A stretch of DNA of 62,399 nt, the filler included, from Collodictyon triciliatum (lineage: Eukaryota): assembly GCA_043381765.1 (NCBI GenBank). It is 3 parts of 3 records of this genome, joined end to end, with 100 filler letters (N's around TTAATTAATTAA, not from the genome) between each part and the next. Parts side by side here need not be neighbours in the genome. Positions count along the whole stretch, not along the records: positions 1 to 28,514 come from JBHJMP010000975.1; 2 more parts are not named here. One strand, written 5' to 3'. Position 1 is the first letter of the stretch, and each line of letters opens with the position of its first letter. The notes below the pieces were generated by a model. It worked only from the letters and a program-made list of their open reading frames with translations, searched no databases and was not told the origin of the DNA. Below, piece by piece: positions 12,965-26,331 of the stretch. Both the position numbers and the translations under genes were made by a program.

Positions 12965-13903
12965 TCAATACTTGACGGCTTTGAAGTGCTTAGAGAAGAG
13001 GTGCTCCTCGGATGTTATGGGAGGATACTTGGGAGCCTCGCCTTCCTCGGAGACGATGCATTCGACCAGGGTGTCCGGGTTTGGATTGTGGAAGAAGGCG
13101 ATGGACTGGCGGCGTGTGTCCACACCCAAGTCCTGCGGCGGATTGACAACGCGATGCATGGTAGACTTCCAGCGGTCGTTTGTCCAGCGGGCCATCAGAT
13201 CGCCAAGATTGACGATGAACGAGTTCGGGATGCTGGGCACGTTCTGCCAGGAGCCGTCCTTGTTCATGACTTGCAGGCCGCCCGGGGCGTCGTCAGTCAG
13301 CAGGATGGTCAGGCTGCCGTAGTCAGTATGGGCCGAGGCACGCAGCTGGCCGGGCTCTGGAGCGTGGTCCTGGTGAGGGTAGTTAAGGATGCGGATGGCC
13401 GACTGGTTGCGGTCCAGCTTGTCCTCGAACCAGTCTTCGGGCAGCTTCAGGGCCAGCGCAAAGATGCGCATGAGCTGGGCGGAGAGCTTCTCCATGGTGC
13501 GGAAGTAGGTGGTCACGTGTTCCTTGAAGCCCTCCGGCTGGTCCGGCCATGGGATGTCGGTTGCGTTGATGCAGATGCTGTACGTCTCTTTCCAGTCGAA
13601 AATGGCGGGGGCATTGGCGTCCAAGGTGCGGGACAAGACCTCCTGCTGTACATAGCCGTACGTGAAGTCCTTCTTCAGCCCAACCTTTTGTTTCTCGCTC
13701 AAGGGTAGATCAAAGAAGCGCCGAGAGATGTCCCATATCCCGTCGATTATGTCCCTGGGCACATTGTGCCCCGTGATCGCCAGGAACCCGACCTTCTCGC
13801 ATGCAAAAAGCATCTCAGAAACAACCTTGTTGCGCTCTGCACTTCCTGCAGGCTGGTCGAACCAGTTTGTGAGGTCAATGACTGGGACGCTAGCTTCTGC
13901 CAT
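12965..13903 (-). CDS. 2-oxoglutarate/Fe(II)-dependent oxygenase, IPNS/DIOX family; uninterrupted CDS
   Basis: VPVIDL...ACEKVGFLAITGHNV (DIOX_N), HTDYG (HxD), STMHRV (distal His) and RQSIAFF (RxS). First ATG is at 13903; the ORF-track start at 13909 is TTG. Confidence 0.93.
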   Translation of the reverse strand: MAEASVPVIDLTNWFDQPAGSAERNKVVSEMLFACEKVGFLAITGHNVPRDIIDGIWDISRRFFDLPLSEKQKVGLKKDFTYGYVQQEVLSRTLDANAPAIFDWKETYSICINATDIPWPDQPEGFKEHVTTYFRTMEKLSAQLMRIFALALKLPEDWFEDKLDRNQSAIRILNYPHQDHAPEPGQLRASAHTDYGSLTILLTDDAPGGLQVMNKDGSWQNVPSIPNSFIVNLGDLMARWTNDRWKSTMHRVVNPPQDLGVDTRRQSIAFFHNPNPDTLVECIVSEEGEAPKYPPITSEEHLFSKHFKAVKY

Positions 13904-14945
13904 GGCCAACCTCTAGAAGTAAGATTCCTTTTATTGGTGATGTTAAGCTATGTTAGTTATTATGTGCTTGCATGGTGCTGCGCGCCTGTCCGTCAGCGCA
14001 ATACTGGACCGGTAGATTCAACAACAGGACCAGGCAGATGCAATATTCCGTGTGAATGAATCAGTGACAGGCACCGATGTTCTGCTTGAGAATTTTCTCA
14101 TCGCTGGCGAATGATAGTCTCTTAATGCCTGTGAAATCGAATAATGCCGTGGTGGCAATAGACGTCGGATTGTGCGTGTCCGTATAAATACCTCTCGGAA
14201 GGTGCAATTACAAATCTAAATCTGGAAAATCTCTCAGCATGTCGCCACCTAGCAGCCTTAAGTTTGCTGCTCTGGCTCCGATTGAGGCGAATCGTTGGAG
14301 TTGCGCAATACTGCGATGGATTAATTAATGATTCAAGGTGGTGTGAACAAGATGAAAAAATAAATAAATAATGCCAACCCTTTTAACTACTGGTGGTGTC
14401 CTTTGTTCCATAAGATGCCTTGACAAAACCTTCGCCGGGTGTCCCAAACATGTTGTTTAATGGCGCAGCCCATCCCATCGCCTTCAAAGGCCACCAGACC
14501 GAATAGGCGGCCGAATGAGGTTCAGGCCTTCACAAGAAGATTCTGGCTGGCTCGGCAACCAGAGACCCGAAAACTTCTTTTTGTGGCAAATTTACCTTTA
14601 GACCACAATACAGGCACCGAAATCTCAATGCACCCACTACACTCTCACTACAGCTTAGCGATATAGCACTATGTGTTTGGTCGGGTTGATTTGGTGTCTT
14701 CGATTACCCCATTGAGAATCCAATTCTGGGTGGAGGGCTGTGCGTGGTCTTTACAAGATTTCCATCAATCCGCACATATTCAAGCAATGTTGGGATAATG
14801 CATCTTACAATAGTTTAAGACAACGCGCTTCTGGTACCTGGTACTCATATGATCATAATGATCAATTGATATGGAATATAATGTTGCACATATTTACTAG
14901 AAGGGGTATAACCTCGAAAGATTGGTAAACCTGGCGCGCTAGTAT

Positions 14946-17205
14946 CTAAGGTCTCGCCAATTTTTTCGCAAAGATCGTGTAGTGGTGAGGGCTGCCAGGA
15001 AAGACCTTACAGCCTTCTTTTTTTTCTTTTTTTTTTAGAGGAATGTACATGCATTTTTGAAGGGTTAAATGAACTTTCTCGAGTGTATTATTAGTGCTGT
15101 TATAGTCCCTTGTCAAGAATACAATTTGTTTGCTTTCTGAGCGATTGCATTCCTTACATATGAGACATCTATACAACTTTTTTGAATTTCCTTTCAGTTT
15201 CATATAACCAGTTCTTTTTCGCAGTTGCAGCACATCTTGGAGGTTCTAAATTCATATACACTCCCTGTTTCAAAACGTTTGGATAGTATTTTTCGTAATC
15301 CCCTTCCGTTTGTTGGCATAAAATGTTTCATCAGACATTTTCTGCTCCAGCCTCCATACACCAGTACAACATCCTTGCCAAATGTCTTTTCGTTTCGGTC
15401 CATAAACAATTCTTCACTTCTTTTTGTATTAACATACTGTCTCCATCTCATCTTTCGAAAAGTTACGTGTTCATAAAATCTGGATAGTTCTACTGGTATC
15501 TTGATTTCATAGACACACATTTTCGAAATTATTTATAATCGACCGTGCACGAATTATGTTTACTCAGTTCTGTCTCTAAATCGATTAAAGATGCTCTTGA
15601 TGTCTCAAACTGCTTATTCCCTTCAAAAGTCATATGACCAAAAGAAACAGCACTTTGTAAACATGTTGCCATGAATATCTCTGAAGCATCGTATTTTTCT
15701 TTTTTCTCGCGCAAGAGTATTGTGTAATTTTTAAGAGATTTGCTATCATGTCTTGTTTGGTGTGCCGTGTAACGTAATTTCTTACCTGTCCCATCCACCA
15801 TATAAACCAAATTAAACTTACCTGCATCCACTCCAAATATTATTTTTGTCGCTAATAAAGATAACTGCTCTTCGGAAAGTTCATCTATATAAACATATTC
15901 TTGGGGTTTTTTTTGGATTTATTTGGATTTTGAATTTGAAATACCTTTGTTTTTAAATAATAATGACACCGTCAAGTTGTCTGTTTGTATCATGTATTTA
16001 AGATTCTAGTCTCTTTGATGAAAGACCCTCTTCTTCATTTCAAAGAAGTCATCCCATAGGGTCTCTTTGCATCCTGATATATTCTTCAGTAATGATGTTT
16101 TCTCATATGATACTAATAGAGCTATCAAACATGAGTATCTAGAGCAATATGACATGGTATATTGTTAGTTCTTTTAGAGATTAGTTGAAGCAGTTTGGTT
16201 CCAATGTCTTAAAAAATGCGATTCATGTAAATCAGACACGGAATGTACTTATTTGAATCGACTTTGGCGTCATAATCCATACCATTTACAATATCGCTGG
16301 GATGATATGATGCAAATGCATGCCTCGCATTCTTCGCTACTCTGACCGCAAGCGGAGAGAGATGTGGGAATGTGTCGTGCGATATCTCCCACAGCATATC
16401 CAACCCCTGCTACCCACGCAACCAATCAACCAGTTGGGTCGCCCACCTGACCAACTCACTATCACTGACTTCTTTCCAGTGCTAGCCTCTCCACGGTAGT
16501 GTCTTCCCCTACTCGCGTTTGCTCTCTCCCATGCGCTCCCATCCCACCCCTTTGTATGGCATAACCTCGCTAAACTTTGAATCGAATAAAGGAAAAAAAA
16601 ATGATGCATTTGCATTTAATCCATTCTTTGTATTGTTCCGGTATGTCGAGTTTCTTGAAGATGGCTTTTTTTTTAACTTTCGTAACTCTGCCTTTTTAAT
16701 AGCTTCCGTAATATTCTCATCTTTAGGAACTGTTTGATTTATAAGGCGCAGTAACTTCTTTACAAAATGTTCATTAATGTTATTATGATAAGCTGTTAAC
16801 ATTTGATTCGCCAAGTACGGTAATGCATGAGACAGTTTAACCAACAGAAAGCGTTCTTCTCGGGTCAAAAGGAATAGAAAATCATTGAGATAAAAAGTCA
16901 TCATGTCATCTCTCAAACCTGGATGCTTTAGCTGGCGGGTCTATCTTGTGGAACTTTTCCGACTATCTTTAAGGTGAACAAAAAAACTTTCCATCGATTG
17001 TTGGGAATTGTTGTGATTTCAGTATGTACCATCTTGCAAACAGATAAGTGTCGGTAACCAAATTATTACACAATTAAACCGTATCGTTGATTTTGTCATA
17101 GTCATCCGTATTCTTTACAATAGACTTTAGAGGTGTTTTCACATTTCGATAGCCTGGTTTTACAGACTTTAAATTCTCAAACTCAAGATGGTTTCTTTTC
17201 TTCAT
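14946..17205 (-). pseudogene. Fanzor1 (eukaryotic/viral TnpB-like RNA-guided nuclease), disrupted by stops, frameshifts and a LINE insertion
   Basis: N-terminal VKTPLKSIVK...TYLFARWYIL, AYHNNINEHF, YIPCLIYMN, RTNNIPCHIALDT and MIQTD..VSLLF. RuvC-I IFGVDAGK, FRKMRWRQYVN, VYGGWS..MPTNGRGLR, YEFRTSKMCCNC, CKEC and RuvC-III TRDYNS. This fits the Fanzor D...TS-xx-C4 zinc finger...RD signature. Clear homology ends at about 15075. Confidence 0.9.
16307..16615 (+). mobile_element. 5'-truncated LINE family A copy (16322-16600) with A-tail and 15-bp TSD, inserted in the Fanzor ORF
   Basis: TSDs ATGATGCAAATGCAT (16307-16321) and ATGATGCATTTGCAT (16601-16615). Tail CTTTGAATCGAATAAAGGAAAAAAAA. Fanzor homology resumes on both sides. 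Confidence 0.88.
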
Positions 17206-17252
17206 CTGAAAGTCTTTGTTTTACCTTTTTCCTTTAGAAAACTACCGAGTTT

Positions 17253-17260
17253 TCAATTTT
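17253..17260 (-). promoter_or_regulatory. AAAATTGA motif (mimivirus-type early promoter consensus) upstream of the Fanzor ATG
   Basis: Exact octamer about 47 nt upstream of ATG 17205. Further AAATTGA copies at 17274-17280 and 17308-17314. The AT-rich context lowers significance. Confidence 0.4.
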
Positions 17261-19168
17261 TATAAAACTTTAGTCAATTTGTCAATCTTTTAAAAAAATG
17301 CACAAAATCAATTTAGGTAAAATGAAGCATCTGCCGATACTCTCAAAATGTGCGTATTGTGGAAAACAAACACACAAAGTTTTTTTATAAGTGATTTGAG
17401 ACAAAACGCTGAGAGCCGATTCTGCGAGTTCGAAAGGGCAGCCGTATAGCTTTTGCGACTGAAAGTCAACATATCGGCCCCAAACAACATGATTACCGCC
17501 GCAAGTGTGGATAGTGTGCTTTTTTGAAATGCATGTTTGGTGGCAGGTTTATAGGGTGGGTTCTGTCTAGGCCAAGGCAAGGCTTTTTTGTAATGTTTTA
17601 ATTATAATGAAAATATTACTAAATGCAAAATAAAATATAAATTGGTTGCAGGAATAGAATGAGATTACAAAGTATTTTTAGCATTATTATAAAAACTAAT
17701 CACACTATTATATTATTCAGGTTCTTTCTTGGATTCATCAAAGCTCCTGCTTTCGCCAATCCAGATTTAATTTGATGGTTGTCTGTGCAATAAACTGCTA
17801 TAAATCGGTACACTTTCGTTGTATGAAAAAGTATTGTCCTTGAAAGGGATAAAACCAAGTTCGTCACAACCTTTGTAATGAAGTTTACTCATTTACAGGC
17901 TGGATGAGACCGAAAGAAAAAAAAGAAAAGGACAAGAAAAAGAAAAAAGAAAAAAGAAAAAAGAAAAAGAAAAAAGAAAAAGAAAAAGAAAAAAGAAAAA
18001 GAAAAAAGAAAAAGAAAAAGAAAAAGAAAAAGAAAAAAGAGAAATGAGAAATGAATCAGAGCAACTAATACTGAACACTTATCTTGCTGCCCGTGGGTCG
18101 ATGGCTAGGGTCCGAGGTCTTTTTTTATTCCCCATTATTACTAATATTAATATTATTCGTTTCAAAGAGCCCGCTCTGCCATATTAGTAGTTTGTTGTAC
18201 TCACAGGTCGGTGGCAGCCGGCGTCTTGATCGTCGGTGTGTCTCGATGCATAGCCTGTGTTGTGAATGATGTGGTCAAGTGACCTTTTCGCTCTCTGGGT
18301 TGGCTGCGTCGGCCTTCTTGTTTTGCATATGATCAGTGGGCATTCCACAGGGCAGGGGTGTGGTAGGCAGTCTCGTCCTTCTCGGGTGCGCTCTTTCCGA
18401 TCGCTTGCGTGTTTTTTTTTTTTTCGGCTTCAGGATGTAGCGGGTTGGGAGAAGAAGGAAAGAACACCGGCATAATGATATTATTTTCAAGAGTATGTGT
18501 CTTATTCTCTCAGCGTTTATTATTTCTCAGCAAGGAGACTTTTTCTTATTCATGTTTTCTTTTATTATTGCTCCTCTCAAATCTCTGTCTCAGTGTGACC
18601 ACATTTGTTCAAGTTGTATTGTTTATGACAGATCAGGAGATCCTGGCTCGTATTTGAGCATATCACTCTTAACAATATAAATACAAAAAACTAAAAATTT
18701 AGTATGTATAATAGAATATAAAAAATAAATTAAGGATAAAAATACAAAGTATAATAATTTCCACATATATAAAACTCAATACGCCACAAGTTTCGCCTTA
18801 AACTAATGACCCATCCAGAAGAAGTTATTTGACATGAAATAACTGGAATCATTCGAATGTATTGATGCCTTATGTAGCAATTTTGTGACATGGAGAAAAA
18901 CATAGTGAAATTATTGATAAAGGCACATGCTCGCTTGACGCATCAATTGATTTTGTCCATCTTTCTGTATTCGCATGTCTTTTTCCCAAACGAAAGAAAA
19001 AAAAAGCCGAAGCGGAAGCCAACAAAGAGAAAAGGTAAAACCAAGGAGCCGAAGAGAGAGATGCTCAGAGATGAAGAGAGAAGCAGAGAAGTGTCCCTGA
19101 TTCTTTGAGACGAAAGGGAAGAAAGTGGCAAGTCCGGTAACCCACTTTGTCCTCCTCTGCGCTGTAGG

Positions 19169-19284
19169 ATGCTTCCAGCTTTTCGATCGGTGCTTCGTGT
19201 GCCCATCTCTGCCCGCTTTATGTCTGGTATGGGCCAAACCCGCACACTTCCAACTCTTTTTCGTCTGCCTATTTTTTCTTCCTT

Positions 19285-19339
<55 letters not shown>

Positions 19340-22149
19340 TTTGTTTACTTTTTCCCTACAAACCAAATTATGTACTCTTTTTCTTTTATTTCAAATAAAT
19401 TATCATGGACTTGTGAGTTTACCAATTAAAAAAAAACACACACAGCGGATGGAATCAGTGTCAAGTTCCCGGCAATGTCTCCCACCATGACTGAAGGGCG
19501 CATCGTTACATGGAGGAAAAAAGAGGGTACGTATATATTGCTGGTGTAATCAAAACACAGAATGGGAGCACAAAGCGATACAGCACAACTAGATGTAGAT
19601 ATATGCATAATAAATTACCTCTTGCATTAAAGATGAAATAAAACTGCTATGACATGGAATTACAGGAGACAAGGTTTCCCCTGGTGATGCACTCTTTGAG
19701 ATCCAGACTGATAAGGCCACTCTCGACGTGGAGGCCACTGAAGAGGGATTTCTGGCGAAGATTTTGGTACGATTGATGTCCTCTTCCAGACATTAATACC
19801 ATCATTTCATATTGCCATCCTTAATCTATTATTTTGTATATACTTAAAATGCAACGGGTTTTAAACCTATCATGTTAGATGCCTGCTAGCGAGTCAGTCA
19901 TTAAAGTTGGAGATCTTGTAGCCCTAATGGTCGAATCAAAAGACGACATCACCAACGTCAAAGTGCCATCATCGAGTAAACTCCATCCCGAACCAAAACA
20001 GATTAATATTATCCATATTAATGTTCTATGTAAATCTCATGAGACATTCACGTCGATGCTTTTATTTTGTATTCAATTACAATTATGGTGTTAATGTGAT
20101 GTACACCCTTCAATTTGCAGAGCCTGCTGACGCACCTAAAGCTGCTCCACAACCTCCAAAAGCTGCTATCGAAACAAAGCCATCATCGCTTACACTCGTT
20201 TCGTCACCCTCACACAAGGAAGAGGAGCAGACAGTGTTATTCCCCTCTGTACGCAGACTCTTGTCCTCATACAACATCTCTTCCTCCAGCATCAAAGGAA
20301 CCGGTCCAGCTGGGCGAATCACCAAAGGAGATGTCCTCATTTACGTTTCCTCCAAGAAACTCACTGGTTTGTAACATTGATTCACACTTCATCTCAATTT
20401 GATTTAGCTATCCAATTCAAAATTTAGTATCGTCGGTAGACGACTTTCATATATATAATTTTTCAAACATTGAATTTTTGATTTTAATGCCTCTGCTTTG
20501 TGATCCAAAATGTGCAATTAGAGCTTTCACCTGACCAAATCAAAGCTGCGGCTTCCTTGTCACACTCCATTCCGAAGAGAGAGCTCAATACACCTATAGC
20601 AAAATCCTCTCAACCAGTAAAATTTCCGACTCATGATTTTGCATTATGGTTTCAAAAGATATTCTTATGGCCTTTAAATTCAACCTGCATATCATCAATT
20701 CATTTCGGCTATACACAGACCCAACCTTCTGTGGAAAAAGCACTTGGCGCCCAATCGCCATTATCCAAAAAGGACATTCCTCATCTCTCATTGTCTGTAG
20801 AGTGCGACTATGACGAACTCTTGAACACTCACAAGACTGTCAATGGTCTGATACTTTCTTTTATATTATCAAAAGTCCTTTATTACAATATATTGATTGA
20901 TTATGTTTAGTTAAGAAAATCAACCGAAAAGGACTAATTGCCAAGCCCTGACATAGAGCTTTCCGGCGTTGAAAAAAGCATTCCAGTTGAATCCCTTATT
21001 GTAAAAGCTGTTGGTATTGCACTCCGTCAAGTTCCTGAAATGAATGTCCAGTTTGACGCTGGTAAATTTTATAAATAGATTCTTGAACTATTCACATGAG
21101 CCACCGTGTCCGTGTCATAATCTTGGTTTTGTATTTCGTAATTTCTTACGATTTTATAGTAATAAGAAGTATTCTGACTTAAATTTAGCATCCGAAACAT
21201 GGACACAGCAAAATAGTGCATGTGATGTGGAATTGATATCACTTAATCCTGACGATACCACATCCAAAGTGGTTCGAAAAGTTGACAAAGTTGGACTGTC
21301 AGCCATCTCTAGTAGTATCAAAGTATGTGGTATTGCATCGTTACCACCCTTTTTCCAAGCTCGAGTTAGGTTTCCCATCTTATTCATAATCTATTTACTC
21401 GAAGGGAGAACAAGACTCTAAGGATGCGACGTCCGCTCCAGTCAGGTAGTTATATATTTGATGAGCGGATACACGTATCTGTACGAAAAGGGTCGAATAG
21501 AGGCTTATCTTAATTTATACTTTTACAAACTAAAAATTGTTTGGGTGTAACGTTCGTGACCAATTTTATGAAATCTCTCAGCCTCGCCGTATATGATTCT
21601 CTGGAGGTCTTGCACAGCGAGCATATCGTCCGAGCCCCTTCTGTTGCATCTGTATCGGTCGGTTCCGCATACGAGGTAGTCGAGTCATCCAAGCCATCTT
21701 TCTTTGACGTGGACGCTGATTATGTTGGTGTTTCTGACGACCTGGATGAAACAAAGTATGCTGCTGCACTAACCATGATTGATAATCAATTTTTTTTTGT
21801 TTTCGTATGCTCTTTCTGCGAATACTAAAACAGATGATACTCGACAAAATGACTTTTTCTCTTCAAAATTTCTTTGTGATATCATATTATTTGATACTGA
21901 TGAAAACGTGTGCATTCAATCACCCATGTGCCCACTCATGTTCGTCCCTCACTTGAATCAAGAAAAGCGAGCATACCATGATTTAACTCTTCCTTTAGAC
22001 CAATTTCTGCAGATGATGTTAGAGTATCCAACAAAGTGCAGCTCACGGTCTCTTGGGACGCACGCCTGGTTGATGAGCAGACAGCCTCACGCTTCCTCAC
22101 AGTTGTCAAGGAATATATCCAAAACCCGAGTTCCATGCTGCTCAAGTAG
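19169..22149 (+). CDS. PDHX: Pyruvate dehydrogenase E3-binding protein (protein X)-like / catalytically degenerate E2 paralog, mitochondrial (multi-exon span)
   Basis: Arg-rich presequence, lipoyl domain ([10 protein letters not shown]...EIQTDKA), E3-binding domain (FPSVRRLL...[13 protein letters not shown]), and a C-terminal SWDARLVDE lacking the His of the DHRxxDG motif. Stop TAG at 22147-22149. Confidence 0.8.
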
Positions 22150-22869
22150 ACAAAATAAACAAGATTTCAAACCAGATTGCTCCGTGTTATGCTTTGTTGC
22201 TGTAATCATGGTTGATGATTCTGCTCAGCACATCGGTAACAGTCAAATTTAATCACATGACCGGGCTCTGACCCCTCCAAGAGAGAAAAGAGAAAAAAAA
22301 AAAGGTATTTTTGAGGAAAATTGGAGAGTTAGAAGGTTTAGTGCCGCATTCTCTTTTGCCTGAAATCATCACGCATCGCGGCAGTTGTAAGTTATTCCTG
22401 TCTGAATATCCACTGACTTCTGAAGAGGGGAATCCGAGCCCTTTGTGTCCTTATCCCCATCGTGTCGACCTCCTGCGCACCCCGCTTCGAATCAGCTCGC
22501 ATCTCCCCAGGAATCGCACGCGCGCTCAGGATTTCGTTGTTTTCCAGTGCTCAGATACAGAAAAGAGAGCTTGCACCCTTTGATAATGTCCAGAATCGTG
22601 CGCCACATTTGTATATGATGCTCGAACGAAATGCCATTCTATTCCTTTAGGCTGGTGTGGCGCTGCTTTCCACCAAAGGCAGACCCGAGCGGATGTCTGC
22701 GAGAATGATCGTCCACAAATCAACATCAACAAGCGCGAGCAATTGTGAATGAGCGCAAGTCGTAGTGAATCTGCGAAAGACTTGGAAGAGAGCCGATCAT
22801 CGGGACCGTCGGAAAGATCAGCCCGAGAGAAGCCAGCTTTATCTTTCTTCCTTTTTTTTCTTCTCTCTT

Positions 22870-22971
<102 letters not shown>

Positions 22972-23320
22972 ACTGTAAAGAGCCAGAACACCAGTCATAC
23001 AACCAAGGCCTTTAAAATAGTTTGCTCCGCTCTCTGCTTAATTGCTTAAAGCATGAATTGTTATGTAGTTACCTGAAAAAAAAAGAAAGTAAAATAAAAA
23101 AGATTGACTCTGCTTCACTCCTCGTGCAAGTTTGTAAACGTAACACGGAAGAAATACACACACTTTCTTGCTGAGGGCTACTATTGTTCCAGACGATTCC
23201 GGAGTCGAAAACTCCCGCCACTTCTTGGCGAGGACATCACTTGCACTTGACTGTCTGAATCTGCCAAAGGAACTGTTTTCATAACTAAATAAACTCTGCA
23301 AACTGAAACAGGAACGAGAG

Positions 23321-25734
<2,414 letters not shown>

Positions 25735-26331
25735 AAGTAGTCCAGAACAATTCTCTGCCATTCCCGCAGCCCGAACCAACTCGCGATGCCTTTTTCCCTC
25801 GAAAATATCACTTACAAACCAAAACAATTCCCTGATGATGCCCATATAATCCTTTGCTTTTCTCAATTCTCTTTTGCAAGACATTGTTTCTTTCTTCCGT
25901 GTTGAACATTTTCATCGCCCTTACTCGCCGAGAAGCCCTATTTTAAACAAATTGAATAAACAAAGACAAACGAAGCCCCCTTGTCGCATATCACGACATG
26001 TTATTGTTATTAGGTCAGATGAGGTACGTACTGCAGAATGCTGAAGATACATGTGGCTTATTTGAATTAAAAAAAGAAAGGATATTATTTTCATTTCTTA
26101 TACTCTGTTTCTTTCTCTCTTTTATTTTTATTGTGGCGCGCCTTCGGGTGTTGTGCGAGGCCTTTGCTTCTTCTGCCGCTCGATTCCAGCCTCGATGATA
26201 AGACGCTCGCGGTACTTTGCGAGGTTGTAGTTGTACCGGGTGATGTCCCTAGGGGTTTTTTTTTCTTTAGCAGACGCCTTTTGACAACACAGGACTCATA
26301 TTTATATTGTAGCATTAGAAAGACAACATTG

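Noticed and set aside
12986-13708. 240-aa plus-strand ORF overlapping the oxygenase
   Set aside because: It is an antisense shadow of a GC3-rich gene with no recognisable motifs.
14951-14985. Resemblance to the U2 snRNA 5' region (TCTCG..AAGATC.GTGTAGT)
   Set aside because: Stem I does not form, the GTAGTA branch-recognition sequence is broken, and no stem IIa or Sm site follows.
14947-15014. HDV-like or pistol ribozyme reading of the pseudoknot
   Set aside because: There is no proper P3/L3, P1.1 GG or J4/2 catalytic C, and pistol conserved nucleotides are absent.
15057-15068. piggyBac-like end (AGGG-TTAA) near the end of Fanzor homology
   Set aside because: No matching opposite terminus was found in the flanks.
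14946-17205. Stop-codon reassignment as an explanation for the Fanzor in-frame stops
   Set aside because: Host genes end in TAA, TAG and TGA normally, and the Fanzor also has frameshifts and an insertion, so this is decay.
17438-17480. Group II intron domain V-like string (AGCCGTAT...GACTGAAAGTC...TCGGC)
   Set aside because: Spacing and bulge geometry do not fit domain V, and no domain VI or maturase was found.
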